A stretch of 64,000 nucleotides of DNA from Hellea sp. (GTDB lineage Bacteria; Pseudomonadota; Alphaproteobacteria; Caulobacterales; Maricaulaceae): positions 8,767-72,766 of the forward strand of contig JAOIVW010000014.1 in NCBI GenBank assembly GCA_028224375.1, given 5' to 3'. Position numbers and translations under genes: made by a program. Under the pieces are notes generated by a model. It ran no database searches, was not told the origin of the DNA, and was given only the letters and a program-made list of their open reading frames with translations. This document shows positions 58,384-64,000 of the stretch, piece after piece (the first letter of the stretch is position 1; each line of letters opens with the position of its first letter).

Positions 58384-60080
58384 GATTGTGCGGATAGGGA
58401 GTCTGCTGCGCGGCGACCCGAATAGACGCAATCCGCAATGGATAATCCGCTGATGTAATTCCAAGACGCAACACCAATGGCATTTCGCCCCGCCGCATAT
58501 AATCCTTGAATGGGGCGACCGTCATCGCTCACCACGCCGCCAGTCGCCTCGTCAACTTTCAGCCCGCCTAACGTTAGCGTTGGGCAGGGGAATAATTTAG
58601 CCGCAAGGCCAATATCAATCGCGACGAGTGTCTGCTCATCAAGCTGCGCAATATCATCTTGGGTTTTCTCAAAGGGATCTGCAATTTCGCCTCGCGCCAT
58701 TTTATTATAGTCCGCAAGCTGCGCAGCAAGGTTATCGCCGTCCACGTGAATTAAAGCTGCGAGCTCTTTTGCAGATTTGGCCTTTTTTGCGCCAAAATAG
58801 GCATTGAGTTTGGCAAGGGCGCGTTGGAAGGCCAGGGCTTTATCGCCTTTCACATCATCCAGCGCTTGTTTGACAAGGGCCTTGTCTAAAATCATCCACC
58901 CACGGCCATTATGGTTCTCTGTCATTTCGACACCTAATGTTGCGCCGTAAACCATCTCATTGATAAAGCGCTGCCCGTTTTCGTTGACAATCATGCCGCG
59001 CGCGAAAGAGAGCGGAGGATTGATAAAGCGCCATGCCGTGATGCGGTCCATATTATCAGCGCTGCCGCCCACGCTTTGACCCAGCCGAATACCCGCGCCA
59101 TTATCGCCATCTGTGCCGAGCGGATATCCGGCCGCATATTTAGGGGCATAGTGGCTCATCATTTTAGAGTTAAAGACAAATCCGCCCGCTGAAAGGACCA
59201 CACCTTTATCGGCGCGAATGAAAATTTCTATTCGAGACTCGGCGAGAGACTTCGCTTTTTCCAAATGCCCCATGGCTTTTTTAAAGAAGAATTTTGAGCC
59301 CGGAATGATGGGCGGAAACATTGCGAAGAGCTTATTGGCCTTGGCCCGCAGCGCTTTGTAAGTCTCGAGCGTGTCATCGTCTGCAAACTGCAGCGCTTTT
59401 ACGCCTATGACATGGCTGTCTGAATCCAATACGAGTTGCCGAACTTCGGTATAGGGTAAGGTCTTTAATCCTTTGGCTTCTGCGCTGGCTCGCAAGGGGT
59501 CAAAGATAGAGCCGCCAAGGTTGGTGGCTTTTGCGCCTTGCTTAATTGGCACATAACCCCGGTGCCCGCGCGCGGCGGGCGCGGCATGTTTTTTATAGCT
59601 CGGCACCAAGCTGTTATCACTATGATAGAGGAAATATTGCGGGGCCGGATAGGAGGTTTTGTGCGGCCATAAGGTTCCGCGAAGATCAACATCATGTCCC
59701 TTTAACCACTCAATCGAAGGCGCGCTTTTTTCGCAAAAATCTCGTAAGGTTTCATCCGAGACAATGCCTTCAGTTTCAAGCTTGAGATAATTGAACATGT
59801 TCTCAGGCGTATCTTCCACGCCCGCTTCTTTTTGGGTGCTGGTGCCCCCGCCGGCATAGATGACGCCGCCGCTGGCTTTGGTTGCGCCGCCGCCTTCAAA
59901 GCGGTCAATCGCAATAACGGATAATCCGTTTTCTATTGATTGTAGGGCGGCTGCGACACCTGCGCCGCCAAGACCTATAACGATAACATCAGCTTCGGAT
60001 GTCCACGTTATCTCTGAGTCTGACGTCAGTTTTAAAGGCGCTTCTATATCTGAATGCCAATTCTTATCTTGAGGTGTCAT
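58380..60080 (-). CDS. FAD-dependent 3-ketosteroid Delta4(5alpha)-dehydrogenase-like protein
   Basis: IGLGGAG, GGATKASGGVIYAGGGT, TLGGL, YISGLSIADCVYSGRRA. Confidence 0.75.
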   Translation of the reverse strand: MTPQDKNWHSDIEAPLKLTSDSEITWTSEADVIVIGLGGAGVAAALQSIENGLSVIAIDRFEGGGATKASGGVIYAGGGTSTQKEAGVEDTPENMFNYLKLETEGIVSDETLRDFCEKSAPSIEWLKGHDVDLRGTLWPHKTSYPAPQYFLYHSDNSLVPSYKKHAAPAARGHRGYVPIKQGAKATNLGGSIFDPLRASAEAKGLKTLPYTEVRQLVLDSDSHVIGVKALQFADDDTLETYKALRAKANKLFAMFPPIIPGSKFFFKKAMGHLEKAKSLAESRIEIFIRADKGVVLSAGGFVFNSKMMSHYAPKYAAGYPLGTDGDNGAGIRLGQSVGGSADNMDRITAWRFINPPLSFARGMIVNENGQRFINEMVYGATLGVEMTENHNGRGWMILDKALVKQALDDVKGDKALAFQRALAKLNAYFGAKKAKSAKELAALIHVDGDNLAAQLADYNKMARGEIADPFEKTQDDIAQLDEQTLVAIDIGLAAKLFPCPTLTLGGLKVDEATGGVVSDDGRPIQGLYAAGRNAIGVASWNYISGLSIADCVYSGRRAADSLSAQS

Positions 60081-60125
60081 GTGAAGCTATGTCCCTGGTA
60101 CTTTGTGTGTTTTTCGCCGTAAAAC

Positions 60126-60201
60126 TACGCAAAAGCAAGATAAATGCCTTTAAATATCTCAGAATACGTAAAAAAGAGACAAAATTATTGCGCATTCTGA
60201 C
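60126..60201. promoter_or_regulatory. Operator array H (3 boxes) in divergent promoter
   Basis: TACGCAAAAGCAA (60126), CTCAGAATACGTA (60158), TGCGCATTCTGAC (60189). Confidence 0.85.
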
Positions 60202-60252
60202 ATCTCTGTTACTTATGGAAAAAGAGAAATAAGGTGAATTTACGGGGACGTT

Positions 60253-61143
60253 ATGCCAAAAAAAACTAAAGCTCCAAAAGTCGCAATCGTAACAGGTGCT
60301 AGCCGCGGGGCGGGTAAGGGCATCGCCATGGGGTTGGCTGAAAAAGGCATGACCGTTTATGTGACGGGCCGCACCAAAAAAGTCGGCAAAGCCAAAGGAT
60401 GGGACGGGACACCCCTCCCGGGCACAGTCGCGGAGACGGCGCAAGCCTGCACGGAGGCTGGCGGTAAAGGTATTGGCGTGATTTGCGATAGTGCTGATGA
60501 CGCGCAGGTCGCAAAGCTGTTTGAGCAAGTCATGGATGAGCAGGGGCAATGCGATATTCTGATGAATAATGCGGCCTATATTCACCATCAACTGATTGAG
60601 CAAAAACCGTTTTGGGATAAAGAGCTCGATGCGCAAAATATTTTAGATGTCGGCCTGCGCTCTGCCTATGTTGCGAGCTGGCATGCCGCCAAAATTATGG
60701 CCAAACAAAAATCCGGGCTCATTGGCATGGGGTCTTCATTTGGCGCTAGTTGTTACATGCATGGCCCCGCTTATGGGGCGCAAAAGGCAGGGCTGGATAA
60801 GCTCGCCCATGACATGGCCGTTGATTTGGAACCGTTTAATGTTCAGGCGGTGTCTATCTGGATGGGGCCGCTTCTGACAGAACGCGCGCTCATCGCCGCC
60901 GAAGTCCATCCTGAACAATATAAGGACTTTATTGCCATGGCCGAGACGCCGCAATTTACGGGCCATATTCTTCACGCCATCGCTACTGACCCTAAGGCGC
61001 AAGAGATAAGCGGGCATACTTTGGTGGGCGCCGAAGTTGCGAGGGACCGCTATAAAATGAAAGACGGAAACGGAAAGCAGCCGCCAAGCCACCGCGAGAT
61101 GCTCGGCTCCCCCAATCCGCCTAACCCTGCGCGGGTCTATTAG
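60253..61143 (+). CDS. SDR oxidoreductase (DHRS1-like)
   Basis: TGASRGAGKG, VYVTGRT, YGAQK, AETPQFTG. Confidence 0.88.
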   Translation: MPKKTKAPKVAIVTGASRGAGKGIAMGLAEKGMTVYVTGRTKKVGKAKGWDGTPLPGTVAETAQACTEAGGKGIGVICDSADDAQVAKLFEQVMDEQGQCDILMNNAAYIHHQLIEQKPFWDKELDAQNILDVGLRSAYVASWHAAKIMAKQKSGLIGMGSSFGASCYMHGPAYGAQKAGLDKLAHDMAVDLEPFNVQAVSIWMGPLLTERALIAAEVHPEQYKDFIAMAETPQFTGHILHAIATDPKAQEISGHTLVGAEVARDRYKMKDGNGKQPPSHREMLGSPNPPNPARVY

Positions 61144-61175
61144 GGCGTGATTGTCTTTCACTCTCTTGCATTCTG

Positions 61176-61332
61176 CCTTCTCCCCGTATGCGGGGGGAAG
61201 TGGGCTTTTGCCTTCTGGCAAAAGGTCGATGGGGGGGACTTTCGTTTAAATACTGAATTAGCTATCAAGACGGGAGACGCCCCCCATCCCCCGTCATACG
61301 ACGGGTACTTCCCCCCGCAAGCGGGGAGAAGG
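61176..61332. repeat. CIR/RIME-like palindromic intergenic repeat
   Basis: Terminal inverted repeat CCTTCTCCCCG/CGGGGAGAAGG; internal GATGGGGGG/CCCCCCATC and CTTTTGCC/GGCAAAAG hairpins. Confidence 0.8.
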
Positions 61333-61339
61333 TAAGGCG

Positions 61340-62488
61340 ATGCCTTATCGTAACACATTCCTCATCATCATAGCCGTGTCGATGGTGTCGGCCATTGGCG
61401 GTTTGGTGTTTAATACGATGCCTTTATTGTTAGGTACAGCGGGCGAAGCTTTCGGCCTCAGCCCAGCGCAATTAGGCACATTATCTCTGACAGCGGGCGT
61501 GGGATATTTAATAGGAACGCTAACAGGTCCGCTCTGGGTGGAGCGTGTGAATTGGCGGGTCGCGGCCTTTGCCATCGTGGCCGCCGTTATTGCATCATTT
61601 TTGCTGGCGACACAATTAAGCGGACCTTCAATCTATGCAGGGTTTGCGATTTTTGGATTTTTCTGTGCTCTCGCCATTGCTTTGGCAATGCGCGTTCTTG
61701 CCGATATGCCTGACCCTGAACGCGCTTATGGGACACGGCTTTCCGTTGAATTAGTTTCCATCGGTGTCTTTCTCATTCTTTTGCCAATTCTCTTTATCTC
61801 TCGGGGTGGTTTTTCGGGGGCGATGCTCGGCTTAGCGCTCTTTGCATTATTATTAGGTCTGGGAGCTTTTGCTTTTCCCACGCGAACATCCTCTCAAACA
61901 GCGGCAGAACTAAAAGGGTTTCCAAACTGGCAGCAGGCGGGACCAAGTTGGTCAGTGCTCGCCATATTTACAATCTACTTGCTTGCCAATGTCGGGCTGT
62001 TCTTTTTTCTCTATGTCATCGCGCAAGACTTCAACCCAACGCCTGCGCAAAACGGCCTTATGTTCGGAGTTTTAAAATGGCTCGGCGGAGCGGCAGGGGC
62101 GGTGGGCGCCATTATCGGCGCGAGAGCGGGGATACGCGTTCCACATCTTGTGGCTTTTCTAATTTTGATGGTTGGGGTGATAGGGTTGTTCACGGCCAAA
62201 TCCTTTAATGCCTATATGGTCTCAAGCTGGGTGTGGGAATTTGGATTTACTTTGGGGTGCCTCTATCAAACGGCCGCGATTGTGCGGTTTGATCTGTCAA
62301 ATAAACTTGTCGTTTTAGTGCCTATGGCTTTCGGAATATCTATGATTTTTGGCGGTAAAATTGCGGGGCAAATTTTAGAGGGCGGAAGTGCGAACGGGAT
62401 ATATATTATGGTCGCGATATGCTCACTTTTGCCAAGCGCTTACATGCTACTCGCGCGGCCTAACCCTCCGGCACTCGCGAATGCCTAG
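61340..62488 (+). CDS. MFS transporter
   Basis: About 12 hydrophobic segments; PDPERAYG loop. Confidence 0.82.
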   Translation: MPYRNTFLIIIAVSMVSAIGGLVFNTMPLLLGTAGEAFGLSPAQLGTLSLTAGVGYLIGTLTGPLWVERVNWRVAAFAIVAAVIASFLLATQLSGPSIYAGFAIFGFFCALAIALAMRVLADMPDPERAYGTRLSVELVSIGVFLILLPILFISRGGFSGAMLGLALFALLLGLGAFAFPTRTSSQTAAELKGFPNWQQAGPSWSVLAIFTIYLLANVGLFFFLYVIAQDFNPTPAQNGLMFGVLKWLGGAAGAVGAIIGARAGIRVPHLVAFLILMVGVIGLFTAKSFNAYMVSSWVWEFGFTLGCLYQTAAIVRFDLSNKLVVLVPMAFGISMIFGGKIAGQILEGGSANGIYIMVAICSLLPSAYMLLARPNPPALANA

Positions 62489-62501
62489 ATAGGAAATTGA
62501 T

Positions 62502-63686
62502 ATGAAAATGCATTATCTTTTAGCGGCTGCCTTTTGGCTGACGGCTTGCGGCCAAGCAGCCAACGAGACTCTCGATGTCGTGACGGATAAATCGCTTGAA
62601 GATATTGCGACGGTAGAAGCATCACAGGATGACTTAAAGACAACGGCTCAAGCCGCGCCGCCCAAAGAACTCCCGCTGCCGCCATATCCAGATTACCCTG
62701 CAGCAAAAACGAAGCTCGCCGCGGATGATAGCGGCGTCATCTATTACCCCATCAAAAGCCCGTATGATTTCTCGCGCGTTTTAAACGGTTATGACGCGCT
62801 TGAAACACATACGGGAAAAGGAACTCTGGTTATGCCAGAAGGCGCGAGCGCGGATAATCCTGTGCCTGCCATGGTGATATTGCCGGGCTCAGGAGGCATC
62901 CAAAAGGGCCGCGAGATGGAATATGCTGCACTATTCGCGGAAAATGGCATTGCGGGTTTTGTCGTTGATTACTACGAACCGCGCGGTGTGAAACCCGATA
63001 CGGTTTATCAAATGAAAACAATGATAGCGACCGAAGTCGACGTCATGTCGGATGCTTATTCGGCTTTGAAAATTCTTGGGACAGACCCCGCCATTGATGC
63101 TTCGCGCATCGGCGTAACGGGCTACAGCTATGGCGGTATGGCCACACGCTATGTCCTGGATGATCGGCTGAAAGATATTATGGCGCCTGATGTGCCGCCC
63201 TTTGCGCTGCATATGGATATTTATGGGCCGTGCCATCAGACCCTAGGGCATCAAGGCACGACGGGCGCGCCTTATCTCGCCATACATGGCGATGCGGATA
63301 ACAGCGTGGATCCCGCTTTGTGCCAAGAGGTCTATAAGGACTTGGAAGCGGCAGGCACTAAGGTTGAGAGCCACGTCATCGCAGGGGCAGGCCATGCCTG
63401 GGAGAACGCGGCGCCCATGCGAGAGTTCTCCGAAGGCAGTTTTGTTCGGGGATGCACATTTTCATTTGACCCAGAGACAGGCGCATTCCTCGTTGACGGC
63501 AAAGCAGGGCGGTTCCAACCCACACCAGAGATGACACGGCCACAACGCGCCATGGTGCGAGCAGGGCTAGGCGAGCTTGCGGGTACCTGTGTCGGACAGG
63601 GCTATACGGTCGGGAATAATCCTGAGGCGGATAAAAAGAGCAAAGTGTTTCAGCTTGATTTCATGAAACGGGAATTCGGGCTGTAA
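62502..63686 (+). CDS. Dienelactone-hydrolase-family alpha/beta hydrolase, lipoprotein
   Basis: Lipobox LTAC; PGSGG, GYSYGG, HGDAD, AGHAW. Confidence 0.82.
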   Translation: MKMHYLLAAAFWLTACGQAANETLDVVTDKSLEDIATVEASQDDLKTTAQAAPPKELPLPPYPDYPAAKTKLAADDSGVIYYPIKSPYDFSRVLNGYDALETHTGKGTLVMPEGASADNPVPAMVILPGSGGIQKGREMEYAALFAENGIAGFVVDYYEPRGVKPDTVYQMKTMIATEVDVMSDAYSALKILGTDPAIDASRIGVTGYSYGGMATRYVLDDRLKDIMAPDVPPFALHMDIYGPCHQTLGHQGTTGAPYLAIHGDADNSVDPALCQEVYKDLEAAGTKVESHVIAGAGHAWENAAPMREFSEGSFVRGCTFSFDPETGAFLVDGKAGRFQPTPEMTRPQRAMVRAGLGELAGTCVGQGYTVGNNPEADKKSKVFQLDFMKREFGL

Positions 63687-63840
63687 GGGGAGCTCACGCC
63701 TAAAGCGCGGAAAATATGGCCGCGTTCGCTATCACCTCAAGGAACATTTCGGCGTCGCGCCCGAAGAGATTAGGGAACGCTTTAATTTTTATTATAAAGC
63801 TTTTCCTGTGAAGGTCGAAGTTTAAGAGCTTGGGTTATCC

Positions 63841-63999
63841 CTACTCAATATCGTCAATACCGATTATGAATTGAAGCACCATGAGTTCTTCTTGTTCTTG
63901 TGTTAGAGCTTCCGCTCTAGCATCAGCGTCTGCATCGCTCTCATCGAATGAGATTGGCGTCTGACTGTTCAGGACATTAGCCTCAAACCACGTCACCAA
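63841..63999 (-). CDS. 3' end of a gene truncated by the window edge
   Basis: Open frame LVTWFEANVLNSQTPISF...IIGIDDIE ending TAG at 63841-63843; translated by hand. Confidence 0.5.
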   Translation of the reverse strand: MVTWFEANVLNSQTPISFDESDADADARAEALTQEQEELMVLQFIIGIDDIE

Positions 64000-64000
64000 T

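Overview
Bacterial DNA of roughly 50% GC, probably from a marine alphaproteobacterium (inferred from protein style, a TonB-dependent receptor and a CIR/RIME-type repeat). Nearly the whole window is one gene cluster for uptake and peripheral transformation of steroids or similar hydrophobic compounds. It encodes KstD, a Delta4(5alpha)-KSTD-like flavoprotein, a 3alpha-HSD, eight SDRs, three KshA/Neverland-type Rieske oxygenases, a P450 with ferredoxin, an Ltp2/DUF35 aldolase pair, CoA ligases and transferases, and BaiE-like NTF2 proteins. Sulfate-ester chemistry is interleaved: two FGly sulfatases, FGE, a frameshifted alkylsulfatase and a sulfotransferase. The strongest unannotated signal is in the non-coding DNA. 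Eight promoter regions carry arrays of 3-4 asymmetric 13-bp boxes (consensus about NTCWR-WWT-GCGTA) at a 30-32 bp period, mostly in alternating orientation. This fits an octamer built from the two tandem Lrp/AsnC paralogues in the cluster, whose own promoter carries an array. A second regulon uses a TCCGAAC-N3-GTTCGGA palindrome at three promoters, probably bound by the local TetR. A ~2.9 kb insert (about 4.93-7.87 kb) holds a ~700-nt densely base-paired non-coding segment and an AT-rich KAP P-loop NTPase gene. No database searches were run; all calls come from motifs read by eye.
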